Sequence record: MG752970.1
From: Ralstonia phage RsoM2USA
Length of the DNA: 24,000 nt
Reading direction: 5' to 3' (one strand)
Shown: one piece after another, positions 1-9,283 of the stretch
Numbering within the stretch: position 1 is the first letter of the stretch
Layout: the number at the start of each line of letters is the position of its first letter
The notes under the pieces: generated by a model
Databases searched by the model: none
What the model was told of the DNA's origin: nothing
Seen by the model: only the letters and a program-made list of their open reading frames with translations
Program-made: the position numbers and the translations under genes

Positions 1-73
1 TCCTCGGTGCGGGACTTGCACCCGCTGCCGGCGAATTATGAGTTCGCTGCTCCTCTACTCAAGCTGCCCGAGG
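1..73 (-). tRNA. tRNA with CAT anticodon (Met or Ile2), somewhat divergent
   Basis: Minus strand CCTCGGG-CA-GCTT..GAGC-A-GCGAA-CTCATAA-TTCGC-CGGCA-GCGGG-TGCAAGT-CCCGC-ACCGAGG-A. Acceptor 6/7 bp, anticodon arm 5 bp with loop CTCATAA, T-arm 5 bp. The D-loop lacks a clear GG and position 8 is C. The 3' end lies at the window edge. Confidence 0.6.
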
Positions 74-152
74 ATCTGACTGATTGACATTGTTGCAGTC
101 AATCAGTCGATATGGAAATTATATCTAGATCAGTTCCTAAGAACAATCATAT

Positions 153-1352
153 TTATCTTCCCGTCAACTCCTTGATTACCTTCTTCCACTGAGATACAGT
201 TCTATGGTTGAACTGTTCCAGATGTGCAGCATTCTTCAGTGAATGCATTCCAACTCTAGAAGCTCTATACGCATAATTCATCTTAGCTACGATGTCTTCG
301 GTCTCGTTTGGATTTGCATGGAAGGCCTTGTCAATCCATTCAATTTCGTCCGATGCAACGACTGGCACTCCCTGTGACACCATGTCAGCAGCAACAATAT
401 TGAAAGTTTCAGTATATGACACTTGCAAACCGATGTCCATAGTTCCAACTAGCTTCAAGAATTGATCATGTGGCATCCACGAATGTTCTACAAGCTCATG
501 TGGACTATTTGCGAAAATTGAACGCAAGTTCTTTAGAACGTTATTTCCATTGTTTTCAATGCGCGTTCCATTGATATGAAATCTTAGATGCTTGTTCATT
601 CTGTCCGCATACTTGATAGCAGCAATTGCCTGAATTGCGTGATTCTTGAGCGGGCGGACGGCACCAAAACAACCAACATTCAATACATGTTTGTCGCGGA
701 CGTAGTCGCATCTATTAGCCGCTAATGCATCGATTGGGTAATAATTTGGAAGATATGGGCAACGTGATAACGCATCTTCCATGTCCCAATCCGCGTGAGC
801 ACCGTAGATCAATTCTGCGATATCATCATTCGTATTTGCTGCATTCGATGAAATGTATACGTTTGGATAATTCGTATACTTAACTGCCCAGTCGAACGCG
901 ATTCCTTCATTCGCAAGAAATGGAACCTTGCTATGATTACGGATAATCCACTTGATTTTTGGGTGCAGCTTTGTGAGAACCTCAAACTTTTCTGGAACAA
1001 CCCAGAATGCTTCGATGATGCAGATGTCTGGTTTGTAGCGTGTTACTTCTCTGTCGATGCAATTGTTGTCTTGCACGTGAATGCATTCTGAATCATATCC
1101 ATATTTGTTGAGCATATCGGACATGAATCGTGCACTGTTGTACAATCCGCTGTGCAGAGTTCCGGTATAGGAATAGCAAGGATCTTCATCCTCGTATACG
1201 ACTTCTCGATGTTTAAGAATGAATTGGATTCTTGGGACAGGTCTAGGGTCATCTTCTCGACCATACTTGGTAGTCTTGATTGCGTCAACTACTTCTTCAA
1301 TGGTTTCTGAGATTTGTTCTAGAAAATTGGTGGCGATGTTGGCGATATTCAT
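153..1352 (-). CDS. GT4-family-like glycosyltransferase
   Basis: 399-aa ORF; C-terminal region DIGLQVSYTETFNIVAADMVSQGVPVVASDEIEWI matches the typical GT-B/GT4 E-x7-E donor-binding region. Confidence 0.75.
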   Translation of the reverse strand: MNIANIATNFLEQISETIEEVVDAIKTTKYGREDDPRPVPRIQFILKHREVVYEDEDPCYSYTGTLHSGLYNSARFMSDMLNKYGYDSECIHVQDNNCIDREVTRYKPDICIIEAFWVVPEKFEVLTKLHPKIKWIIRNHSKVPFLANEGIAFDWAVKYTNYPNVYISSNAANTNDDIAELIYGAHADWDMEDALSRCPYLPNYYPIDALAANRCDYVRDKHVLNVGCFGAVRPLKNHAIQAIAAIKYADRMNKHLRFHINGTRIENNGNNVLKNLRSIFANSPHELVEHSWMPHDQFLKLVGTMDIGLQVSYTETFNIVAADMVSQGVPVVASDEIEWIDKAFHANPNETEDIVAKMNYAYRASRVGMHSLKNAAHLEQFNHRTVSQWKKVIKELTGR

Positions 1353-1448
1353 TATTTCCTCGGTGGGGTGATCACGTAATATTTAAAGATTACGCTAAAT
1401 CAACCGAGGAAATCTGAATTCATGTCTGAGAAAGTTTGTAACTAGATT

Positions 1449-1988
1449 TTACAAATATTTCTCAAATCCAGCATCTATCATTTGATTCTGATAATCAAAT
1501 TCATCAATATCACCCCGCTTAACCTGATACAGCAGATCTGCTATTGCGTCGCTAGCGTTGACGTCCCCATATACACAGCCATCAAAATCCATGACATACT
1601 CACCATCAGCTAGTGCCAATAGATGCGATTTAAACGTGCAATTCACAAAATAAATTTCTGCCCAATCTTCACTTCCAGAAAATTGATTTACAAAAATTTC
1701 AGCATTATCTATGGTTTCATTTTTAACTGTGAATGAAACAGAATCATCAAATCCCATATTTGATAAAACATCCATAAGATCGGTCACCTGACCTGAAATC
1801 ATAATCTGCAAATAATCATCAGAGTATTCATCTTCTATTGCTACAATCTTCACTCTCGATGAAGCCATTTCTATTTGCGATTTAGCTGTTTCTTTTGGAT
1901 CAGTATCATCTACATCAAAAGTCCAATGAAACACGGCCGTCACTGGATTTGAGGTCATTTCTGACAGGAATAATTTGAATGTTTTCAT
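1449..1988 (-). CDS. Hypothetical protein, candidate internal/ejected protein; N-term MKTFKLFLSE, C-term FDYQNQMIDAGFEKYL
   Basis: 179-aa ORF, 4-nt overlap with the upstream gene, paralogous to 1985..2524 (same length, nearly identical C-terminus). Confidence 0.75.
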   Translation of the reverse strand: MKTFKLFLSEMTSNPVTAVFHWTFDVDDTDPKETAKSQIEMASSRVKIVAIEDEYSDDYLQIMISGQVTDLMDVLSNMGFDDSVSFTVKNETIDNAEIFVNQFSGSEDWAEIYFVNCTFKSHLLALADGEYVMDFDGCVYGDVNASDAIADLLYQVKRGDIDEFDYQNQMIDAGFEKYL

Positions 1989-2524
1989 AGATATTTCTCA
2001 AATCCTGCATCAATCATTTGCGCCTGAAAATCGAACTCATCTATTTTCTTTGATATAAGCTTAAACACTATGCTCCATAGTGCCGTATGATCTTTTGCGG
2101 ATCCAAGTTTACAATTTTCGAGTGTAATATGCGGATTCACCGCCAGTTCTGTTAACCCACCTTGTAGTATGCAATCTTTAAAGATCAATTCATAGTAGGT
2201 CTTTTTGTATCCCAGCGCCTTCACATAGTCCGTAACACTAGGAACTGTTTCATTGCTAGCCACAAAACTGGGATTATCTCCCACTTTGTTCATCATTGCA
2301 CCTAACTGTTCTTTAGGTCCTTCGAAATATATCTCATAAGTCTCTTCATCGACTTGATTGACATCTGTAAGATCTATGCTGCTATTAGCTAGATACTTTT
2401 CAAATTTTTTGAGGGATCTATCAAACTTGGCTTCTGTTTCTGCAAACAACAGAATTGTTGCTCTAAATTTTGGAGTTTTCTTTACTGGACGTTTAGCTTC
2501 TAATAGCTCTTGCAGCAGTCTCAT
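1985..2524 (-). CDS. Hypothetical protein, paralogue of 1449..1988; start reassigned to MRLLQELLEAK at 2524
   Basis: The internal ATG at 2524 is preceded by AGGA about 9 nt upstream and gives 540 nt, exactly the length of the neighbouring paralogue. The extra N-terminus in the supplied ORF (to 2737) looks non-coding. C-term FDFQAQMIDAGFEKYL. Confidence 0.7.
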   Translation of the reverse strand: MRLLQELLEAKRPVKKTPKFRATILLFAETEAKFDRSLKKFEKYLANSSIDLTDVNQVDEETYEIYFEGPKEQLGAMMNKVGDNPSFVASNETVPSVTDYVKALGYKKTYYELIFKDCILQGGLTELAVNPHITLENCKLGSAKDHTALWSIVFKLISKKIDEFDFQAQMIDAGFEKYL

Positions 2525-2547
2525 GTTATGGTTCCTGTTCGATTTTC

Positions 2548-2555
2548 TATTTATC
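2548..2555 (-). promoter_or_regulatory. T4 late-promoter-like -10 element GATAAATA
   Basis: Plus strand tatttatc; minus GATAAATA, 24 nt upstream of the ATG at 2524. Confidence 0.4.
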
Positions 2556-3042
2556 CGGAACCAGTGTAAAGCACGGAACCATCTCTTACCATCTATAAAG
2601 AATCGTTTTAAGAGATGTTCAGTTTCCATGGTGGAAAGCTGCCAGACTATTCTGATGCAATATGGCTGTAGTGAATCAGTCTGTAGGGGATGACAGTCAA
2701 GATCGGAGCACCACAAATCTCCGACTCTAGCCACCAATTATCGGCTCAGGTTTCCGTCCTGTACGGTCTATTCTTTTTGAGAAGATGGATTTTGAGTTTA
2801 AGCCGTTTATCGAGCATGCCCTCACATGCGTCGCCTCTGGTTCCGTGATGAGAATGGTCGACCCACTCTCGAGAGAGGAGCCCTGACTTAGCTTTTAACT
2901 CGTGCCTTAACTATTACTAGAAGCTGGGGTCACAGCTTACGTCGCTATTCGTCTACATCCAGCCACAACGTGGGGCCACTATCAGAGCAATGATTGCTCA
3001 GCAGATGTAGATATTTAAGAGTTCAAATCCGGAACAAAAAGA

Positions 3043-3191
3043 AGGAGATTAGTAGCCGGGATTTCGTACTAATCTCCTAAAAATTCCTAGGTCCGGGTCG
3101 CATTACACGTACAACCTAGGAATTCTCCTGTAAAAAGCCGGGTCCTGAAACCCGGAAATTTAGTCAGTCTGAGGAGATGTGACTGACTAAA
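3043..3191. ncRNA. Cluster of four perfect inverted repeats/hairpins in a non-coding region
   Basis: 12-bp IR 3043-3054/3067-3078; 11-bp IR 3082-3092/3114-3124; 6-bp IR 3138-3143/3150-3155; 11-bp IR 3159-3169/3181-3191. No convincing coding ORF. Confidence 0.5.
3131..3155 (-). terminator. Rho-independent terminator
   Basis: Minus strand CCGGGTTTCAGGACCCGG followed by CTTTTTA; lies downstream of the 3233..3505 gene. Confidence 0.6.
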
Positions 3192-3232
3192 AAGCTATGG
3201 TAAACACATTTTATCATAAAATTGGGCTCCCA

Positions 3233-3505
3233 TTAAAATTGCAACACCACACATGCATCTTGTTTTTCTTTCTTCAGTTCCTCACGAACAGGACACACGA
3301 CACGCAACCACATGTAGTACTCCTGATCTCCCAGTTCTTTTCGTTTCAACTTCACGAATTCGTTAAACTGTTCGTTGGACCCCTGAGTAACGATTCGCAT
3401 TGTGTCAGAATCTAGATCAGTAGTTGCTCCATTTGCTGGAAACCAAACTGAGTCTACATACGTTATGAGCGCGATAATCGATAGTGCTGTAACAGCGTAC
3501 TTCAC
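3233..3505 (-). CDS. Small secreted/periplasmic-type hypothetical protein
   Basis: 90 aa, N-terminal hydrophobic signal-like segment MKYAVTALSIIALITYVDSVWFPANGA. Confidence 0.6.
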   Translation of the reverse strand: MKYAVTALSIIALITYVDSVWFPANGATTDLDSDTMRIVTQGSNEQFNEFVKLKRKELGDQEYYMWLRVVCPVREELKKEKQDACVVLQF

Positions 3506-3551
3506 GACCTACCCCTATAATATTTGATACAAATTATAACACAAGTTCGGT

Positions 3552-4598
3552 CTAGTGAATATGACGAAGACAGATGAAGTAGTTATGGTGACGAGTCTTT
3601 TTCCTAGTGTCGATAATGAACTCGCCGATGTTTGAGATTTTCACACAACAATTCTGTGGCACTCCTTCCTTATTAAGCTTCGATTGCTTAAGAATTTCAT
3701 CGATGTGACCAGACGTGAGTCGCATCTTGGCAAGCTTAGCCATGTATCTAATAAGATTCTTCTTCCGAAGATTGTCAAGTGTTACAAATTGATGACCAAT
3801 CCACACTGTGGTACAGGTGGGCTTGCTGTCTACCCAGCCTTTCAAATCATCAAATTGATCGGCACCAGAGGTGTCCAGAAGTGATTCGGCGTCTTGCATG
3901 TTGGCTACCATTCGATTGATGGCCGAGTGCATCTGAGCCTCACCAAATGCATCTCTGATCGCAGGAATGACATTGTGTCTGACACGACTACGGGTTACAT
4001 CCATGTCGACATTTGATGGATCATTGATGACGTGACACACTGCATTGTGGGATTCAACCACTTGAATAAGCTCATTCTTCCTGAATTTCAGAAGAGGCCT
4101 TTGCATTTCAACAGTAAGGCTTCCATCAGTGGTGGTGACAAACGAGGAGGCGTCAATTCCTGTAAGACCCGATACTCCGGTGCCCCTGAACATCTGAATT
4201 AGAATGGTTTCAATTTGGTCGTCTCCATGGTGCCCCGTAAGAATAACTCCCATTGGATCTAGATACACATGACGAATAAGAGCATCGTATCGTACCTGAC
4301 GCATGGCCGTTTCTAGTCCATGCGATTTGACGATTTTGTTTTTTACTGGAGCTTCGATGATCTCAACTTCGATTGCGAGATGTTCATAGAGGCTACGAAT
4401 TGACTTAGCACATGCATCATCAAATTCTTTATACTTTTCAGTTTTGTGATTGATGTGAATGGCCTTAAAAGAATAACCTTGCTGCTGAAGGAGAAGACAG
4501 AGTGCTAGAGAATCAATTCCACCCGAGTACGCAACGTAGTAGGTTTTCTTAGGATTCAGATTGAGTTGCATAAAAATGGCTCCAAATATTGGAGCCAT
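3552..4598 (-). CDS. tilS: tRNA(Ile)-lysidine synthase-like PP-loop ATPase (TilS)
   Basis: PP-loop motif YYVAYSGGIDSLALCLLLQQQG, then HINH, R(Q)VRYDAL and TGHHGDDQIETILIQMFRGTGVSGLTGI, all diagnostic of the TilS family. The true start may be MQLNLNPKK (4571). Confidence 0.88.
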   Translation of the reverse strand: MAPIFGAIFMQLNLNPKKTYYVAYSGGIDSLALCLLLQQQGYSFKAIHINHKTEKYKEFDDACAKSIRSLYEHLAIEVEIIEAPVKNKIVKSHGLETAMRQVRYDALIRHVYLDPMGVILTGHHGDDQIETILIQMFRGTGVSGLTGIDASSFVTTTDGSLTVEMQRPLLKFRKNELIQVVESHNAVCHVINDPSNVDMDVTRSRVRHNVIPAIRDAFGEAQMHSAINRMVANMQDAESLLDTSGADQFDDLKGWVDSKPTCTTVWIGHQFVTLDNLRKKNLIRYMAKLAKMRLTSGHIDEILKQSKLNKEGVPQNCCVKISNIGEFIIDTRKKTRHHNYFICLRHIH

Positions 4599-4626
4599 TT
4601 TACACGACTATGAATCTAAGATGAAC

Positions 4627-6459
4627 TTATAGATGTGAGAATGTATTAGGAACTGTTCCTAGTTGTCTGCATACGCTTGAAAACGTACTCTTGTCATCGA
4701 AGATAGCGAATATTTGCCGTGGGTATGATTTAAACAGATCAGCAAAAGGTTCAAAATTGTCTGTAGCTAAGATGTCTCCATCAATGAACACACAAATGTT
4801 GTAGCCTTTGCTTGCCTGATCTTTCAGCTCACTTACCATTTCGCTGCTGAAGTTTGTTCCACCAGCAATGGTTTCACTGAAGAGCTGGTTCAGATTACCC
4901 TTAGTTGGTGTGCCTGGTTTTTCACCATTGCTTGTAACTTGAGCATATGTTCCAGCACTAGCATTACACATCCACATGTGCCAATCAGTACTGAATTTAA
5001 CCATATAGAAGGAAGATGCAATCTGACGTCCATGATTCTTCAGTAGAGCATGGATGTTTGAGTACACCTGTGGTAGAACTCCGGTCATTGATCCCGAAGA
5101 GTCAACAACGAACGTAAGCTTCAGTTTCTTTGGTAGTGGAACTTCACCCGGCTTAACAGCACCAGCACCAACTTGACGTGCTACATCAATAGACGTAATG
5201 CTTCGACGATTTGGCTTTTGGTATGTTTCTTCGGTTGATGCTGTAGATGAGGTGATCATCTTGCGAATCAGCGCTGCCCAACCTAGAGTAGGTCTAACAC
5301 TGGTCCAATCAAATTCATGGAAGCCGCCGTCCTTGCCCTTTTGGTGGTTACCATTAGCTTCACCTGACCCTTTTGATTTTTCGTTAGCTGCAGCCTTTGC
5401 CTTCTCTGCTGCTTCTTCTGAATCAATATCCTTGCCTTCACCTGCCTTCTTGGTTACGCTTTTTTCAGAGTTCTCGATATCTTGCTCTGTTTTTCCTTCA
5501 GGGTCGATTCTTTTCTTTCCTTCACGACCATGCTCATCACCCATCTCATCTAGGATATTTTGAACACGCTTCTGCTGGTCATCGTTCAATTTATCGAACT
5601 CGCTTTTCACGAGATCGTACATTTCACGATATGTATTTTGACGATCATAGTTGATGTGATCATTAAACAGACCCATTGGGAGCTGCTCGTAACCACTCTT
5701 AACCATCAAATAATTACTACGGAAATCTCCAACCCAGTTAATGATCAGTGGATTTGCATCTGGAATAATTTTTCCATAGTGAAAATCAGCATACGTGAAG
5801 TGCATGAATTCATGCATAATCAAGAATTCAATGTATGCGTAATCATCCGGAATATCGCCACCATTGCTTACGTACTTCTTACCCTTTGGTTTAACACCCT
5901 TCAGATGCGAGTACGTAAGCAAGTCCTGCATGAACTTGGTATTGAAGATAAAGTGCCCATCTTCAGTTGCGGCCGCAGTGTCAACGCTATTGAATTTCTG
6001 ATCGTCCTTTTTATCGGTAGGAACTAGAACGTATTTAGGTTCCTTTAGATATTTTCCATCAATGAAGTTACGCATTGGGAAAAACTGATCATGCTCCACC
6101 GTGATGTAGCGAATCAGACGATAAAACGTAGCTACAGAAAATTTAGGAGCTCCAGCATGCTGATAATCTGCTTTCTGAAGAATCTTAAAGACTTCACCTT
6201 CTACGATGTTGTCCTTAATGGTTGCATACAGAATAGGAGCCTTGGTTGCTACGTCGTTAAACTTTGCAACCTTTTCATGAATCTCATCTTCAATTTCTGA
6301 TTGCGGTTTTTTCAGAACTGGCGCCAACAGCGAAAGCACCTTCTGAATGTGCGCATCACTTATGGCCGACTTCGAGAATTGAATCGTCCCGGCTGCTGCC
6401 TTGCGGCTGACAAAGGCCTCTGCAAGGCCTTTGTTTTTATGCTGCATGATTATCTTCAT
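4627..6459 (-). CDS. Putative metallopeptidase-domain + von Willebrand factor A (VWA) domain protein
   Basis: HExxH motif (MHEFMHFTYADFHYG) in the N-terminal half; MIDAS-like LTFVVDSSGSM (DxSxS) in the C-terminal half; 4-nt overlap with the AAA+ gene. Confidence 0.8.
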   Translation of the reverse strand: MKIIMQHKNKGLAEAFVSRKAAAGTIQFSKSAISDAHIQKVLSLLAPVLKKPQSEIEDEIHEKVAKFNDVATKAPILYATIKDNIVEGEVFKILQKADYQHAGAPKFSVATFYRLIRYITVEHDQFFPMRNFIDGKYLKEPKYVLVPTDKKDDQKFNSVDTAAATEDGHFIFNTKFMQDLLTYSHLKGVKPKGKKYVSNGGDIPDDYAYIEFLIMHEFMHFTYADFHYGKIIPDANPLIINWVGDFRSNYLMVKSGYEQLPMGLFNDHINYDRQNTYREMYDLVKSEFDKLNDDQQKRVQNILDEMGDEHGREGKKRIDPEGKTEQDIENSEKSVTKKAGEGKDIDSEEAAEKAKAAANEKSKGSGEANGNHQKGKDGGFHEFDWTSVRPTLGWAALIRKMITSSTASTEETYQKPNRRSITSIDVARQVGAGAVKPGEVPLPKKLKLTFVVDSSGSMTGVLPQVYSNIHALLKNHGRQIASSFYMVKFSTDWHMWMCNASAGTYAQVTSNGEKPGTPTKGNLNQLFSETIAGGTNFSSEMVSELKDQASKGYNICVFIDGDILATDNFEPFADLFKSYPRQIFAIFDDKSTFSSVCRQLGTVPNTFSHL

Positions 6460-8978
6460 TTGATTCCTTTGATCAGCAGAAGAACTTCACGGTTGAAATT
6501 CAGAAGCTTTGGCATGTGCAGCTTCTTGATTTCGTCATCATCACGTAGACGCTTGTTGGTGTTGATAATCGCGTTCTTGATAATTTCCTTCTTATCGTTG
6601 GACATTTCATGAACTTGAGTAGTATGCACCAGGCTTCGAATAAAGTTCTCTGCCTTTGAAACGTCTTCGTCGATAAGAGTCATCGTCTTACCGTCGCTGA
6701 TTTTCTTCTTACGACCTGGTTCAGCAACTAGATGGGATTCAACATCATCCTTAATCTTGTTGTACATGAAGCTAGTCAGATCTTCGGAGAACTTCTGAGG
6801 ATCATTGTTGTTCATGTAGTTGATGAATTCCATGTCTTCAGATAGATCATGTTCTTCATTGTCGTAATACTTCTCAAGAATTTCTTCCAATCCAGCAGTT
6901 GAAACCTTACGATAGAAAATACCATCACCAAAATCGACTTCTGGGCTGGTCATAATCCACGCTTCAAGATTGTGGAAGAATTCTGGGTTATGAACTCCAT
7001 ACTTCGTAAAGATGGTAGTCAGCGTATGCTTCAGTGAATCGAATACAGACTTACGCAGCTTTTGTTCAAGATTCTTCAGTTCATCGGCTTCCATTTCACT
7101 CGTAGGTGTTTTACGTGTGAGACGGTCAAACTTGTGCTGGAATGTTACACACATGTTCTTAAACATATCTGTGTATTCACGTGGTGAAATGTAAACATCT
7201 CCACCACCAACGTTCAGATAAAATTCGCGTTGAGACTGTTTACGTCCTGCATCATTGTCGCGGAACTTATTTGCAAATTTGAAGATAACTGAAGCCAAAG
7301 CTTCCGTAGTTGTTTCCTCGACATCAGGAATCTCGATGTTTTCGATGTACTCCTTGGTGGCTTCCCAGCTTGATTCTGCATCAATGACGTCAACAACGTC
7401 GCGCATGTGATGCGTTAGCTGCTCGGCACCGTGATCCTTAGGGTTGATAGCAGCGATAACCACTGAACCATCTGGAAGATTGTAATCGCCACCGAAATTC
7501 TTTTCTAGAATAACCTTACGAATACCATTGAAAACCTTGGTGGTAGTACGGTTCAATTCATCGAAGAAAATCAGATATTTCCATTCTTGCTTCTTATAGT
7601 CGGATGCTTTTACACCTGAATCTGACAGATATTGGGCATCCAGCTTTTTAGCTTCTTCAATGATCTGACGATACAGCTTTGGTTCCGAGAAGTGCACTTC
7701 CATCTCGTCCTTCTTTCCTTTCTTGGACAGAGGAATACCTGTTACGTCTTCGGCATCAAGTGTCGAGCAATCGACGTAGATGTAGCGTAGATTCAAATCG
7801 GTTGCAACTTGAATTGCCTGTGAAGTCTTACCGATACCTGGCATACCAGAAATAATCGGAATGTACTTGCGATGCTCACCTAGCTTCATCTTTTGCTTGA
7901 TTTGGTGCTCAAGCGTATCGCGCCATTCGTGATTTTGATGCTCGTGTCCAGCAGAAAACTCTGAGGTGTCATCGATGAGTTCTTGAACAGCATCGACCAC
8001 TTTCTTATACAGCTCTGCATGTTCACCTGTCAGATAATTCTTGAAGTTTATCTTGACGTTGGTAATCAGACCATCGGCATCCTTTTGACTTTCTGGTGGA
8101 ATGGAAGCGTTGATGTACAGTAGAAGTTGTTCCCAACGACGAGGTGAAGTGCGAACTTCGGCATTGATGTCATTGTTGTTTAGTTCTTCATCACTTAGTA
8201 GCTGATAGAACTTGGAAATTACTGCCTTGTTCAGCTTAACCTTCGTATCGTTTTCAAACTTGTTGACCAACCACGAGAACCAATCGGTTTTGTTTGGCGT
8301 GGAAAACTCAATAGTCTGGAAATCCTGGTTAGCTGGAATGTCATCAACACCCTCATCATTGATGTTGGATGCGTAAATGACATAAGCTCCAGGTGGAACA
8401 TCGTGCGTACCGATTTTCCCGTTAAGAATACCACGCAACATGTTGCGAATTCTTACCGAGGTTTGACGGAAGTATTCATCAAGGAAAAGCACGACATTGA
8501 ATCTGTCACGCGCTTGCTTGATGATTGGAGGAATGGTATCTTGTGTTCCACCCAATTCTTCAAAGACCGCGATAACGTCCTTCGGTGATTTGTAAATGGA
8601 ATCCAGATATTCTGAGTCACTGATCTTTCCTGTGCGGTTGATCTGAGTGAACAGGTTTGAATCCGACAGCACGATCTTATAATCGGTGGTGTCTAGATGC
8701 TGCGTTCCTGACGTTTGTTGCCCATTTGTTGGGTTGAAAACGATGAACGGAATATTGATGATGTGCTCTTCAGTGATGTGAGGAGCTTCAATCGTGATGA
8801 GATGAACGCCAATTAGACGAGAGAAGAATCTAATAAACGAGGTCTTGCCAACACCTGGGTCACCAGCAAGCAAAATACCTGCCTGGCCGCCCATTTGACG
8901 AACCTTCATGTTTGATAGAATATTCTCGACTACATCGACGCGCTGCTCGAATGTGGCTGAGGCTACGTTAAAGTCCAT
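6456..8978 (-). CDS. MoxR-like AAA+ ATPase with two ATPase modules
   Basis: Two Walker A motifs (GDPGVGKTS; GMPGIGKTS) and Walker B-like VVLFLDEYFR and YLIFFDELNR; adjacent VWA partner gene. Confidence 0.85.
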   Translation of the reverse strand: MDFNVASATFEQRVDVVENILSNMKVRQMGGQAGILLAGDPGVGKTSFIRFFSRLIGVHLITIEAPHITEEHIINIPFIVFNPTNGQQTSGTQHLDTTDYKIVLSDSNLFTQINRTGKISDSEYLDSIYKSPKDVIAVFEELGGTQDTIPPIIKQARDRFNVVLFLDEYFRQTSVRIRNMLRGILNGKIGTHDVPPGAYVIYASNINDEGVDDIPANQDFQTIEFSTPNKTDWFSWLVNKFENDTKVKLNKAVISKFYQLLSDEELNNNDINAEVRTSPRRWEQLLLYINASIPPESQKDADGLITNVKINFKNYLTGEHAELYKKVVDAVQELIDDTSEFSAGHEHQNHEWRDTLEHQIKQKMKLGEHRKYIPIISGMPGIGKTSQAIQVATDLNLRYIYVDCSTLDAEDVTGIPLSKKGKKDEMEVHFSEPKLYRQIIEEAKKLDAQYLSDSGVKASDYKKQEWKYLIFFDELNRTTTKVFNGIRKVILEKNFGGDYNLPDGSVVIAAINPKDHGAEQLTHHMRDVVDVIDAESSWEATKEYIENIEIPDVEETTTEALASVIFKFANKFRDNDAGRKQSQREFYLNVGGGDVYISPREYTDMFKNMCVTFQHKFDRLTRKTPTSEMEADELKNLEQKLRKSVFDSLKHTLTTIFTKYGVHNPEFFHNLEAWIMTSPEVDFGDGIFYRKVSTAGLEEILEKYYDNEEHDLSEDMEFINYMNNNDPQKFSEDLTSFMYNKIKDDVESHLVAEPGRKKKISDGKTMTLIDEDVSKAENFIRSLVHTTQVHEMSNDKKEIIKNAIINTNKRLRDDDEIKKLHMPKLLNFNREVLLLIKGIK

Positions 8979-9025
8979 ATTTTTGCTGTCCGCTATAATA
9001 GTTAAATTATATACCTATAGAGTCC

Positions 9026-9211
9026 TTAGTCCCAATTGATAATCTTGTGATAGAGAGAAGGATTTTCCTTCTTAATTCTACGGAAGATCTTCATGTAGTC
9101 CTCATACTTCTCATGATCTGGACTTAGGTGTGGGATAGCATCGTCTGGTTCGACGGCCTTCTTTGCCTCGATTAGATTAATGTCCTTGTCGGACGCTTCA
9201 GATAGTTTCAT
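9026..9211 (-). CDS. Small hypothetical protein (MKLSEASDKD...)
   Basis: 61-aa ORF preceded by a GATAAATA element at 9242-9249; N-terminus resembles those of neighbouring genes. Confidence 0.5.
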   Translation of the reverse strand: MKLSEASDKDINLIEAKKAVEPDDAIPHLSPDHEKYEDYMKIFRRIKKENPSLYHKIINWD

Positions 9212-9283
9212 TCTGATCCTTTGGGAGTAAATTCGATAGAGTATTTATCAAAATTCAAAGGATCAGTTCTAAGATAAGTTAGC

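Noticed and set aside
2525-2737. N-terminal extension of ORF 1985..2737
   Set aside because: A better RBS-ATG exists at 2524, giving the same 540-nt length as the paralogue; the extension overlaps the late-promoter-like element.
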